Positions 30,108 to 38,997 of a stretch of DNA of 61,242 nt are shown here, piece after piece; the first letter of the stretch is position 1; the number at the start of each line of letters is the position of its first letter. Both the position numbers and the translations under genes were made by a program. Under the pieces are notes generated by a model. The model had not been told where the DNA came from and searched no databases. It saw only the letters and a program-made list of their open reading frames with translations. This DNA is from an uncultured Stenotrophomonas sp. Lineage in GTDB: Bacteria > Pseudomonadota > Gammaproteobacteria > Xanthomonadales > Xanthomonadaceae. The stretch covers positions 1 to 61,242 of the forward strand of contig CAMICU010000001.1 in assembly GCA_946223375.1 (NCBI GenBank). Reading direction: 5' to 3'.

Positions 30108-30833
30108 TTATCGGTGCAAATGGCCCGGCCGTGTTTCACCGCGTCGGGCGATGAGCAGCCAGTTGTTGAACGGGGTATTGCCGTACAGCGGGGTGGCCTG
30201 CACGGCCAGGCCGCTCGCCTGCAGCACCGCGCTCACCGCCTGCACGTCCAGGTAGTCGCGTGGCCGGCTGCGCATCCAGCCGATCAGGTTGGCGGCGCGG
30301 TCGGCGACCTGCGAGACCCGGCTGCGCCGGCTGCCATCGACCTCGGCCATGCGGATGACCAGCCGCCCGTGCGCGCCCAGCATGCCGGCGGCCCGCTGCA
30401 GCAGGCCCGGCTGGGCGTTGCCGGGCAGGTACTGCAGGACATCGAGCAGGGCCACGTCACCGCAGTGCGCGGGCAGGGCGCCGAGCAGGTCGACGCGGCT
30501 GAAGCCGGTGCCGGCCAGCCCCGCGCGTGTGGCCGCCCGTTCGGCGCGGCGGATCTTGGAGCCGTCGCTGTCCACGCCCCGGTAGGGGGCGCACTGCCCG
30601 TCGCGGCGCAGCGCATGGGCCAGCAGGCCCAGCCCGCAGCCCATGTCCAGCAGCGGCTGCGCGCTGCCGCGCAGGGCCTCCAGGACGCCGGGGTAGAGCG
30701 GGTCGCTGCGCAGTTTGAACAGCGAGTAGAAGTAGTCGCCGCGCGGCCCCCACGGGCGCTGCGGGGCGAACGCACGGGCGATGGCGCGGGCGGCGTCGCC
30801 GTCCATGGCCGGGTGAACGCCGGGGCCGCTCAC
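30108..30833 (-). CDS. Class I SAM-dependent methyltransferase
   Basis: LLDMGCGLG, GVD, DVLQYL; 4-nt overlap with the upstream gene. Confidence 0.85.
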   Translation of the reverse strand: MSGPGVHPAMDGDAARAIARAFAPQRPWGPRGDYFYSLFKLRSDPLYPGVLEALRGSAQPLLDMGCGLGLLAHALRRDGQCAPYRGVDSDGSKIRRAERAATRAGLAGTGFSRVDLLGALPAHCGDVALLDVLQYLPGNAQPGLLQRAAGMLGAHGRLVIRMAEVDGSRRSRVSQVADRAANLIGWMRSRPRDYLDVQAVSAVLQASGLAVQATPLYGNTPFNNWLLIARRGETRPGHLHR

Positions 30834-31471
30834 TCCGCGGGCGGGGTGAGCAGCGCGGCGGCGACCGGCAGCGCGACGTCGACCCAGCGCTGGTACATCC
30901 GTGCCGAGGGGTGCAGGCCGTCATCGACCAGCAGCGCCGGGTTGGCCCCGTCGTCGCGGCTGGTCGGGGTGATGTCCACAAAGGCCACCCCGTAGTCGCC
31001 GCAGCAGGCCTGTGCGGCGGCGTTGAAGTCGTCGATCTCGCGGGCCACCTGCGCGGCGTCGCGCCCGTTCTGCTGCGCGTACGGGGTGAAGCCCCAGTCC
31101 GGGGTGGACAGCACCAGCACCCGCTGCGGGTTCTCCCCGGCCAGCGCGATCGCGCGCTGCAGCAGCTGCTCGAACTGCTGGCGGTACTCGGCCAGTGGGC
31201 GGCCGCGGTACTGGTTGTTGACCCCGATCAGCAGGCTGACCAGCGCGTACGGCCCCTGCGGTGCGGCCTCGTCGATGGCGGCGGCAAGCTCGTCGGTGGT
31301 CCAGCCGGTGGTGGCGATGACCTGCGGGTCGTCCAGGCCGATGCCCTGCGCGCGCAGCGCCGTGGCGAGCTGGAACGGCCAGGTGCCGGCGGTCTCGACG
31401 CCCTCACCGATGGTGTAGGAGTCGCCCAGGGCCAGGTAGCGCGCGGAGGTCGCGGGGGTGTTCGGGTCCAT
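30830..31471 (-). CDS. SGNH/GDSL hydrolase
   Basis: ALGDSYT, IGVNN, DGLHPS. Confidence 0.92.
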   Translation of the reverse strand: MDPNTPATSARYLALGDSYTIGEGVETAGTWPFQLATALRAQGIGLDDPQVIATTGWTTDELAAAIDEAAPQGPYALVSLLIGVNNQYRGRPLAEYRQQFEQLLQRAIALAGENPQRVLVLSTPDWGFTPYAQQNGRDAAQVAREIDDFNAAAQACCGDYGVAFVDITPTSRDDGANPALLVDDGLHPSARMYQRWVDVALPVAAALLTPPAE

Positions 31472-31478
31472 CGTGCGC

Positions 31479-32744
31479 TCAGGCCCGGCGTGATTTCAGC
31501 GGCACGACCTTGGTCACCGCCTCGGCGCGGCGCGCCAGCAGCCGGTCGATGCGGCCGAACACCTCGCGCATCACGCTGGCTTCGGGCAGCAGGGTGACGC
31601 GGAAGTGGTTGCGGTAGGGCACGTTGAAGCTGGAGCCGGGCACCACCAGCACGCCTTCCTCCTCCATCAGCTGCAGGGCGAAGTCGTGGTCGTCGAAGCC
31701 CTGCGCGGCCGGGCCGATCACCGCCGGGAACGCATACAGCGCGCCGGACGGCGCCACCAGCGACAGGTGTTCGCTGGCCGCACAGGCCTCGATCACCGCG
31801 CGGCGGGTCTCGTACAGGCGGCCACCGGGCGAACACAGCTCGGTGATGGTGTCCGGGCCGTTGACGGCGGCCTCGATGGCGTACTGGCCGGGCACATTGG
31901 CGCACAGGCGCAGCGCGCTGAGCAGGTCCAGCGCGGCGCGGAACTCGCCGAGCCGCTCGCCGGCACCGGACAGCAGCATCCAGCCCACGCGCCAGCCGCA
32001 GGCGCGGTGCACCTTGCTCAGGCCGCTGAAGGTCAGGCAGGGGTGGTCGCCGGCCAGCGGCGCGACCGGCTGGAACTGCGCCCCGTCATAGAGGATCTGG
32101 TCGTAGATCTCGTCCACCAGCAGCAGCAGGTTGTGCTTGCGGGCGATGGCGACGATCTTCTCCAGCAGCTCGCGCGGGTAGCTGGCGCCGGCCGGGTTGT
32201 TGGGGTTGATCAGCACGATGGCGCGGGTGCGCGAGGACACCAGCGTTTCCATCTCCACCGGGTCGGGCAGGAAGCCGTTCTCGGCGCGGCAGCGGTAATA
32301 GACCGGGCGGCCGTCGTTGAGGATGGTGGCCGCCGACCACAGCGGGTAGTCGGGCGAGGGCACCAGCACTTCGTCGCCCGGGTTGAGCAGGGCGCGCAGC
32401 GACAGGTCGATCAGCTCGGACACGCCGTTGCCCAGGAACACCCGGTCGGCCACCGCGTCGGGGGCGCCCCGGCGGGCGTAGGCGGCGGCGATCGCCTCGC
32501 GTGCCACCGGCAGGCCCTGCTGGTGGGTATAGGGATCGGTGCGGCCCATGTCATCGGCGATCGCGCGCTGCAGGTGTTCCGGCGCGCGGAAGCCGAAATT
32601 GCCGGGGTTGCCGATGTTCAGCTTGATCAGCTTGCGCCCCTGCGCCTCCAGCTCCCGGGCTCGTCGGGCCAGTTCACCACGGATTTCGTAGCGCACTTCG
32701 GACAGACGTTCACGGATGACCAGCGGTTTGGAGGGGGTTGACAT
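31479..32744 (-). CDS. PLP-dependent class I/II aminotransferase (AlaA-like)
   Basis: YEIRG, KLNIGNP, GNGVSELI, NPNNP, DEIY, SGLSK..GWRVG; true start MSTPSK at 32744. Confidence 0.93.
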   Translation of the reverse strand: MSTPSKPLVIRERLSEVRYEIRGELARRARELEAQGRKLIKLNIGNPGNFGFRAPEHLQRAIADDMGRTDPYTHQQGLPVAREAIAAAYARRGAPDAVADRVFLGNGVSELIDLSLRALLNPGDEVLVPSPDYPLWSAATILNDGRPVYYRCRAENGFLPDPVEMETLVSSRTRAIVLINPNNPAGASYPRELLEKIVAIARKHNLLLLVDEIYDQILYDGAQFQPVAPLAGDHPCLTFSGLSKVHRACGWRVGWMLLSGAGERLGEFRAALDLLSALRLCANVPGQYAIEAAVNGPDTITELCSPGGRLYETRRAVIEACAASEHLSLVAPSGALYAFPAVIGPAAQGFDDHDFALQLMEEEGVLVVPGSSFNVPYRNHFRVTLLPEASVMREVFGRIDRLLARRAEAVTKVVPLKSRRA

Positions 32745-32924
32745 TTCGGCAGGGCCGTCAAGGGCATGGAAGCCGCATGGTAGCTGAATTGTTGCGTTGC
32801 GGGGCGACGGTTCCAATGCGAACCAAGCCGGGCCGTGCCAGCTCCCGCGCGGGCCGGTCCGGCGCGGCAGGGGCTCGCGCTGCCGCTCAGGGGCGGGGCC
32901 ACTCCGGCCTTGTAGAATTGCCCG

Positions 32925-34022
32925 ATGACAGAAACCTTCGATTTCACCCCGCTCCGCAGCATCGGCTGGCCCTGGCCCGGTGCGCCCGAGGCCCCGGCCT
33001 GGCAGGCCCTGTTCGCCGCGCATCCGCAGGCGCGGCCGGGGCGGGTGATCGAACAGCACCGCTCCGGCTATGTGGTGGCCGATGCGCCGGAGCACAGCCT
33101 GAAGACCGAGTCGCCGCCGGAATGGCAGCGGCCGCGCTTTCCCAGCCATGAGCGTGCGGCGGTGGGGGACTGGGTCCTGCTGGAAGGCATCCGCATCGTC
33201 GCGTTGCTGCCCCGCCGGACCTCGATCAAACGTGGCGCCGCCGGCGAGCATTACCACCAGCAGGTGATCGCCGCGAACATCGACACGGTGTTCATCGTCT
33301 GCGGGCTGGATGCGGACTTCAACCCGCGCCGCATCGAGCGCTACCTGCTGCTGGTCGGTGGCGGCGGGGCCGCGCCGGTGGTGGTGCTGACCAAGGCCGA
33401 CCAGACCGAGTACAGCGAGGATGCGCTGGCGGTGCTGGAGGAACTGGCCGCACAGCAGATTCCGCTGCTGGCGATCAACGGCAAGGACCCGGCCAGCGTC
33501 ACCGCGCTGGCACCGTGGCTGCAACCCGGCCACACGGTGGTGCTGGTGGGCTCGTCGGGGGCGGGCAAGTCCACGCTGACCAACACGCTGCTGGGCGAGG
33601 ACCGGATGAAGACCAACGCGGTGCGCGAGAACGATTCGCGTGGCCGCCACACCACCACCCATCGCGCGCTGATGCCGCTGCCGGGGGGCGCCTGCCTGAT
33701 CGACACGCCCGGCATGCGCGAGCTCAAGCCGACCGGCGAGGAGACGCTGTCCGAAGGCGGTTTCGCCGACATCGAGGCGCTGACCGAGCAGTGCAAGTTC
33801 CGCAACTGCTCGCACCAGCACGAGCCCGGCTGTGCGGTGCAGGCGGCGATCGAACGCGGCGACATCGAGGAAAGCCGGCTGCAGAACTACCTGAAGCTGC
33901 GCGAGGAAGTGGCGTTGGCGGCGGCCAAGCTGGCCCAGCGCCAGGCCGAGCAGGCCACCGAGCGCAAGAGCACCGGCCGCGGCGCGCAGTGGCGGCCGGT
34001 CGGCAAGGGCAAGCGGCGTTGA
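32925..34022 (+). CDS. rsgA: Ribosome small subunit-dependent GTPase A
   Basis: TKAD, GSSGAGKS, GRHTTT, DTPG, CKFRNCSH..EPGC. Confidence 0.95.
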   Translation: MTETFDFTPLRSIGWPWPGAPEAPAWQALFAAHPQARPGRVIEQHRSGYVVADAPEHSLKTESPPEWQRPRFPSHERAAVGDWVLLEGIRIVALLPRRTSIKRGAAGEHYHQQVIAANIDTVFIVCGLDADFNPRRIERYLLLVGGGGAAPVVVLTKADQTEYSEDALAVLEELAAQQIPLLAINGKDPASVTALAPWLQPGHTVVLVGSSGAGKSTLTNTLLGEDRMKTNAVRENDSRGRHTTTHRALMPLPGGACLIDTPGMRELKPTGEETLSEGGFADIEALTEQCKFRNCSHQHEPGCAVQAAIERGDIEESRLQNYLKLREEVALAAAKLAQRQAEQATERKSTGRGAQWRPVGKGKRR

Positions 34023-34211
34023 GCCGCGCGCCGCAGGATACGGTGTGAACGCCGGCGAGCGGTTCCGCTCTGTGCGGGAAGCTCGCCCGGAACGGTGCAG
34101 GCGGCAATACGCGTGCGTGCCGCCTGGAGGCACGGCGGACCGGCTCCGCTCTTCCCTGACCCCGGCTCCTCGCCCGCGCACGCGGCAGGGGCGCAAGCGT
34201 AGAGGCATGGC

Positions 34212-35468
34212 ATGGACAACGTAGCGGCCCCGCTGGATCCGGACATCGCCCACCATGCCGCGCTCGATGCGCGCCTGGTCGCGGCGGTGCGCGGGATCCG
34301 CCTGCTGACCCTGACCAGCTGGCCGGCGTCGATGCAGGCGCCGTTCCTGGACAGCGTGGCGCGTGGCAACCCACAGCTGCCGCAGGTGGCCTACCGCAGG
34401 CACGATTTCAGCGATGCGCGGCGCGAACTGGCCGCGATCGCGGCGGCGGTGGATGAATCACATCCGCTGGGCCTGTACCTGCGCGATTCGGTGCGCAGCT
34501 GGGACGTGGCCGCGCAGCTGCTCGAAGCCCTGGGCACGGCGGCGGTGGACCGCTGTTCCAGCGCGCTGTTCGGCGTGCCGGACGAGCCCATGCCCGGCAA
34601 CGGCCCGAGCACGCGCGAGGCGGCGCGGCATTTCATCCAGATCGCGCAGGAACTGGACCACGAGCTGCTGGCGCCGGAGGAATCGGTGCCGGTCTCGGCC
34701 ACCGCGCTGCAGCTGCAGCTGCAGTCGGACCTGGATGATTTCTTCGACGCCCGCATCATCACCGTCGAACTGGACAACGCGCTGATCGCCAAGGCCGCTG
34801 CCGGGGCCACCCGCATCCGCCTGCGCACCAGCGCCTGCTTCAGTGCCTACGACCGCGCCCAGCTGTTCCACCACGAGGCGCTGGTGCATTCGCTGACCGC
34901 CCTCAATGGCCGCGACCAGGCCGTGCTGCCCAGCCTGGGGTTGTCCTCGCCGCGCATCACCGCGACCCAGGAAGGGCTGGCGACGTTCGCCGAGCAGATC
35001 ACCGGCAGCATCGACATCCAGCGGCTGAAGCGGGTCAGCCTGCGCATCGAGGCGATCGCGATGGCTCGCGACGGGGCCGATTTCATCCAGGTGTTCGACT
35101 ACTTCCGCCAGGCCGGGCAGACCGCCGAGGAAAGCTTCTCCTCGGCGCAGCGCGTGTTCCGTGGGGTCCCTACCGGTGGCGGCGCCGCGTTCACCAAGGA
35201 CACCGTGTACCTGCGCGGGCTGGTGTCGGTGCATACCTTCTTCCGGCAGATGCTGCGCGAGGACAAGCTGCGCGTGTGCCGCTGGCTGTTCGCCGGCAAG
35301 ATGACCCTGCATGACGCGCAGGCGCTGGCGCCGTTGTTCGAGTCCGGCGTGCTGGCGCCGCCGCGCTGGCTGCCGCACTGGCTCAACCGGGCCAACGGAC
35401 TGGCCGGCGTGCTGGCGTTCTCGCTGTTCGCCAACCGCATCCGCATGGACCAGATCAGCGAAGGGTGA
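34212..35468 (+). CDS. QEGLA-motif (DUF1704) metallopeptidase-like protein
   Basis: HEALVH (HExxxH), TQEGLA, RVFRG, FTKD.VYLRG. Confidence 0.88.
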   Translation: MDNVAAPLDPDIAHHAALDARLVAAVRGIRLLTLTSWPASMQAPFLDSVARGNPQLPQVAYRRHDFSDARRELAAIAAAVDESHPLGLYLRDSVRSWDVAAQLLEALGTAAVDRCSSALFGVPDEPMPGNGPSTREAARHFIQIAQELDHELLAPEESVPVSATALQLQLQSDLDDFFDARIITVELDNALIAKAAAGATRIRLRTSACFSAYDRAQLFHHEALVHSLTALNGRDQAVLPSLGLSSPRITATQEGLATFAEQITGSIDIQRLKRVSLRIEAIAMARDGADFIQVFDYFRQAGQTAEESFSSAQRVFRGVPTGGGAAFTKDTVYLRGLVSVHTFFRQMLREDKLRVCRWLFAGKMTLHDAQALAPLFESGVLAPPRWLPHWLNRANGLAGVLAFSLFANRIRMDQISEG

Positions 35469-35474
35469 GGGCGC

Positions 35475-36725
35475 TCAGGGCGTGCCGAACAGCTGCGTCA
35501 CGGCGCGCTCGCCGCTGCCCATCGCCAATGTCCAGCCGAGCATGCCGTGGCCGACGTTGCAGCCCAGCCCATCGCCCAGGTCGCGGATGATCGGCGAGGA
35601 CCAGGGCGTCACCGGCCGCAACCCGGCCCAGTGGCTTTCGATGCGGTCGTAGTCGGCCGCTTCCGGCAGCGAGGCGCGTGCCATCGCCACCAGCTGCGCC
35701 AGGCGTGCGGGCTCGGGCTGCGGGTTCCAGTCGTTGAGATCGGCCAGGCCGGCCACGCGGATGCGGTCGCCGAGCCGGCAGAACACCAGCTTGCGCTTGG
35801 TGTCGGTGAGGCTGACCTGCGGCGCGTTGCGACCCAATGGAGCGGTGAAGGAGTAACCCTTGATCGCCATCACCGGCACGCGCACACCGGCCGGGAGCAG
35901 CAGCCGGGCGCTGTCGATGCCGGCGCAGACCAGCACCTGGCGGGCCTGCACGCGGCGGCCGTCGACGGCCTGCAGCGTCCAGCTTCCGTTGCCGCGGAGC
36001 AGCGTGCGGGTGTCGAAGCCGAAGTGGGCCTGCACGCCATACTGCTGGCGCAGGATGTCGAGCAGGGCGGTGCTGAAACGGTACGGATCGCCGGCTTCCT
36101 CGTCCGGTGAATACACCGCGCCGGCCAGCCACGGGGCACCGTTCAAGGCCGGCTCGATGGCCCTGGCCGCGGCCGCATCCACCAGCCGCTGCTGCACGCC
36201 GTACGGGCGTTTGAGCGCGATCATCGCGCCGGCACCCTGCATGCCCTCGGCGCTGGGGTACAGGTGCAGCTTGCCGGACACGGCATGCTCGAAGGCGATC
36301 GGGTGGTGCTGCAGCAGCGCCTGCATCGCGGCGCGCGATTGCAGCGCCAGTTCCAGCGTGGCCACGGTGTTGGTGCGCAGGCCGGCGGCCGTGGCCTGGC
36401 GCAGGAAGGCGATGCCCCAGCGCAGGAAATCCGGATCGGCGGACCAGCGGGTGCGGAACGGCCCGTCGCGGCCGAACGCCATCTCCGGCAGCTGGCGCCA
36501 GGTGGCCGGGCCGGCCATCGCATCGGTATAGGCGTAACTGAGCTGCGCGCCGTTGGCGAAGGAGGTGCCCAGCGCCGGGCCGTCGTTGCGGTCCACCAGC
36601 AGCACCGAGCGGCCACGCCGCGCGGCGGCATAGGCGCTGGCCAGCCCGACCACGCCGGCGCCGATGACGATCAGGTCAGGGGCGCTGGGCGCGGCGGCAC
36701 GGGAAACGGAAGCGTTGGAGGTCAT
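35475..36725 (-). CDS. D-amino acid dehydrogenase-like FAD oxidoreductase
   Basis: GAGVVG, TSFANGAQLS, KGYS, WAGLRPVTP, GHGMLGWT. Confidence 0.88.
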   Translation of the reverse strand: MTSNASVSRAAAPSAPDLIVIGAGVVGLASAYAAARRGRSVLLVDRNDGPALGTSFANGAQLSYAYTDAMAGPATWRQLPEMAFGRDGPFRTRWSADPDFLRWGIAFLRQATAAGLRTNTVATLELALQSRAAMQALLQHHPIAFEHAVSGKLHLYPSAEGMQGAGAMIALKRPYGVQQRLVDAAAARAIEPALNGAPWLAGAVYSPDEEAGDPYRFSTALLDILRQQYGVQAHFGFDTRTLLRGNGSWTLQAVDGRRVQARQVLVCAGIDSARLLLPAGVRVPVMAIKGYSFTAPLGRNAPQVSLTDTKRKLVFCRLGDRIRVAGLADLNDWNPQPEPARLAQLVAMARASLPEAADYDRIESHWAGLRPVTPWSSPIIRDLGDGLGCNVGHGMLGWTLAMGSGERAVTQLFGTP

Positions 36726-36813
36726 GGGGAACGCGATGCGGGACGAGCGGTGCCCTGCATTGTCGCGCCACATCCGCACCGATGGCACGGATGTGGCGCA
36801 CGGAACCGCCGGC

Positions 36814-38019
36814 TCAGTGCGGCCAGAAGTTGAGGAAGCCGGTGATGATCAGCGCGTTGATGAAGTCGATGAAGAACGCGCCCACCAGCGGGGCCACCAG
36901 GAACGCACGCGGCGCCGGCCCGTAACGCTGGGCCAGGCGGCGCATCACCGCCATCGCGTTGGCGGTGGTGCCGAGCATGAAGCCGATGAAGCCGCCGCCC
37001 ATCACCGCGGCGTCGTAGTCGCGGCCCATCAGCCAGTAGATCGGCACCGCGAATAGTGCGACCACGGCGACCTGGATGATCAGGTTGACCAGCAGCGGCA
37101 GGCCCATGCCGGCCAGCTCCCACAGTTTCAGGTCCATCAGCGCGATGGCCAGGAACAGCGCCAGGCAGATGTTGCCGATCAGGTCGGTGGTCGGCACCGA
37201 CAGCTTGATCCAGCCGGTGTAGTCGTCCACGTTGCGGATCACCGCACCGACCAGCATCGCGCCGATATAGGTGGGCAGGGTCAGGCCGATGCCTTCAAAG
37301 CCCTTGCCGACCCACACGCCCAGCCACATCGCCATCAGCAGCACGACGATGCTCTTGAGCGCGTCGAACTCACGGGCGGATTCGCTGGGGTAGCGCACCA
37401 CCACCGATTCCTCGGCCAGCTGCTCGGCCTCGCTGACCTTCCTGTTGGGGTGCTGCACCTTGAAGCGCTGCATCAGCACGGTGATGACCGGGCCGCCGAC
37501 CAGGCCGCCGCAGATGATGCCGGCCATCGCGGCGGTGACTGCCAGGCTCTCGGCGCCGACCAGGCCGGCCGCCTCGAAGTGCGGGGCGAACGCCAGGCCG
37601 GTGGCCGGGCCGCCGGTCAGCGTGGCCGAGCCGGCCAGCACGCCGAACATCGGATTCAGGCCGAACAGCTTGGCCACGCTGATGCCGATCAGGTTCTGCA
37701 GCACCGCGAACACGCTGCCGATCAGCAGGAACAGCATCACCTGCTTGCCGCTGACGCGCAGCAGGCGGACGCTGGCATTGATGCCCAGCGTGGTGAAGAA
37801 CGCCACCATCAGCGGCGTCTTGAGCGTGGTGTCCAGCTCGAACAGCGTGGTCTGCTGGCCGTGCGCCCACCACACCGCCAGGGCGACCAGCAGGCCGCCG
37901 ACCACCGGTTCGGGCAGGTTGTAGCGTCGGAAGAAGGGGATCGCGCGGCACAGCGCGTAGCCAGCGAACAGGGTCAGGCCGGCAAAGGCCACCGTCTGCA
38001 CGGCATCAAGTTGGATCAT
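36814..38019 (-). CDS. gltS: Sodium/glutamate symporter
   Basis: RYNLPEPVVGGL, FFTTLG, GGLVGGP, GTTANAMA, PLVGAFFID. Confidence 0.9.
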   Translation of the reverse strand: MIQLDAVQTVAFAGLTLFAGYALCRAIPFFRRYNLPEPVVGGLLVALAVWWAHGQQTTLFELDTTLKTPLMVAFFTTLGINASVRLLRVSGKQVMLFLLIGSVFAVLQNLIGISVAKLFGLNPMFGVLAGSATLTGGPATGLAFAPHFEAAGLVGAESLAVTAAMAGIICGGLVGGPVITVLMQRFKVQHPNRKVSEAEQLAEESVVVRYPSESAREFDALKSIVVLLMAMWLGVWVGKGFEGIGLTLPTYIGAMLVGAVIRNVDDYTGWIKLSVPTTDLIGNICLALFLAIALMDLKLWELAGMGLPLLVNLIIQVAVVALFAVPIYWLMGRDYDAAVMGGGFIGFMLGTTANAMAVMRRLAQRYGPAPRAFLVAPLVGAFFIDFINALIITGFLNFWPH

Positions 38020-38274
38020 GGAACGGGTACCTCGACCAGCGGGACACGGACTTTGTCCGGCTCGCCGGACAATATCAATAGCGGCGAGAGCGTGCTGCAA
38101 AGCAGCAATCGACGCGATTGCCATCCCTCCGGCCTGCGCCGGGAAGGCTGAATACGCTTTGTTTGTGGTGCGGAAGGGGCTCGGCGGAGCGGCGCACGGA
38201 CGACCGGTTTGCCGATCCGGGCCGCTGCCGGTCGCTGCGTGTTTGCAGCGCTGCTCCGGCCGAAGCATGCGATT

Positions 38275-38396
38275 TCGCGGCTGACGCCGCTCCTACGGGA
38301 AGGGGATACGCATTCGGTCGTCACGGCACGCAGGCGTCCCCGCTGCTGCTCCTGCGCGGGTGCCGGCCGGTGCGGTAGGAGCGGCGTCATCCGCGC
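38275..38396. repeat. Inverted pair of GTAG-type REP elements
   Basis: TCGCGGCTGACGCCGCTCCTAC (38275-38296) and GTAGGAGCGGCGTCATCCGCG (38375-38395). Confidence 0.75.
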
Positions 38397-38566
38397 AGCA
38401 CGGAATGCATCGGCTGCCCGCAGGGCGCGCCATCGCATGGGGCATGTGCAGTGGGCCATGCCCAACACGCCCACCATGCCCACCACACCAGCGACATCAG
38501 CCACGCCAGCTTCCAGGCACTGCCTGCCGGGGCCGCAGATCAACCCGGATCAGGCATCGGTGGCGG

Positions 38567-38965
38567 TCAGTCGCGCGGCGGGCGCTTGTAGGCCACGCAG
38601 TCCACTTCCACCTTGCAGTCCACCACCATGCGGTTCTCGACGCAGGCGCGGGCCGGCGGGTGCTCGCCGAAATACTGCTTGAACACGCCGTTGAAGGCAT
38701 AGAAGTCGCGGGCGTCGTCCAGCCATACGCCGCAGCGCACGACATGCTCGGGGCCGTAGCCGGCCTCGGCCAGGATCTCCAGCACATTGCCGATGGCCAC
38801 GTGCGATTGCTCGGTGACGGTGCCGCCGACCAGCTCGCCATTGCGCATCGGCACCTGCCCGGACACGTACAGCCAGCCGTCGGCCTGCACCGCGCGCGAG
38901 AACGGCATGTGCTGCTTGCCCTGGCCGACGCCGCCTTCGGCGCCATAGCGCTTGATGTCACTCAT
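38567..38965 (-). CDS. RidA/Rid-family enamine-imine deaminase
   Basis: PFSRAV, LYVSGQVP, HPPARACV, KVEVDC; CAAGGA RBS. Confidence 0.92.
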   Translation of the reverse strand: MSDIKRYGAEGGVGQGKQHMPFSRAVQADGWLYVSGQVPMRNGELVGGTVTEQSHVAIGNVLEILAEAGYGPEHVVRCGVWLDDARDFYAFNGVFKQYFGEHPPARACVENRMVVDCKVEVDCVAYKRPPRD

Positions 38966-38997
38966 GGGTGTTCCTTGATCTGGATTGCGGAAAGGAT

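Noticed and set aside
32745..34403. Apparent ~550-aa N-terminal extension of the aminotransferase (974-aa ORF)
   Set aside because: The extension is the antisense of rsgA; family similarity starts at MSTPSK (32744).
38105..38124. Sigma54 promoter for gltS (TGGC...TTGC on the minus strand)
   Set aside because: Spacing between TGGC and TTGC is 11 nt instead of the required 7.
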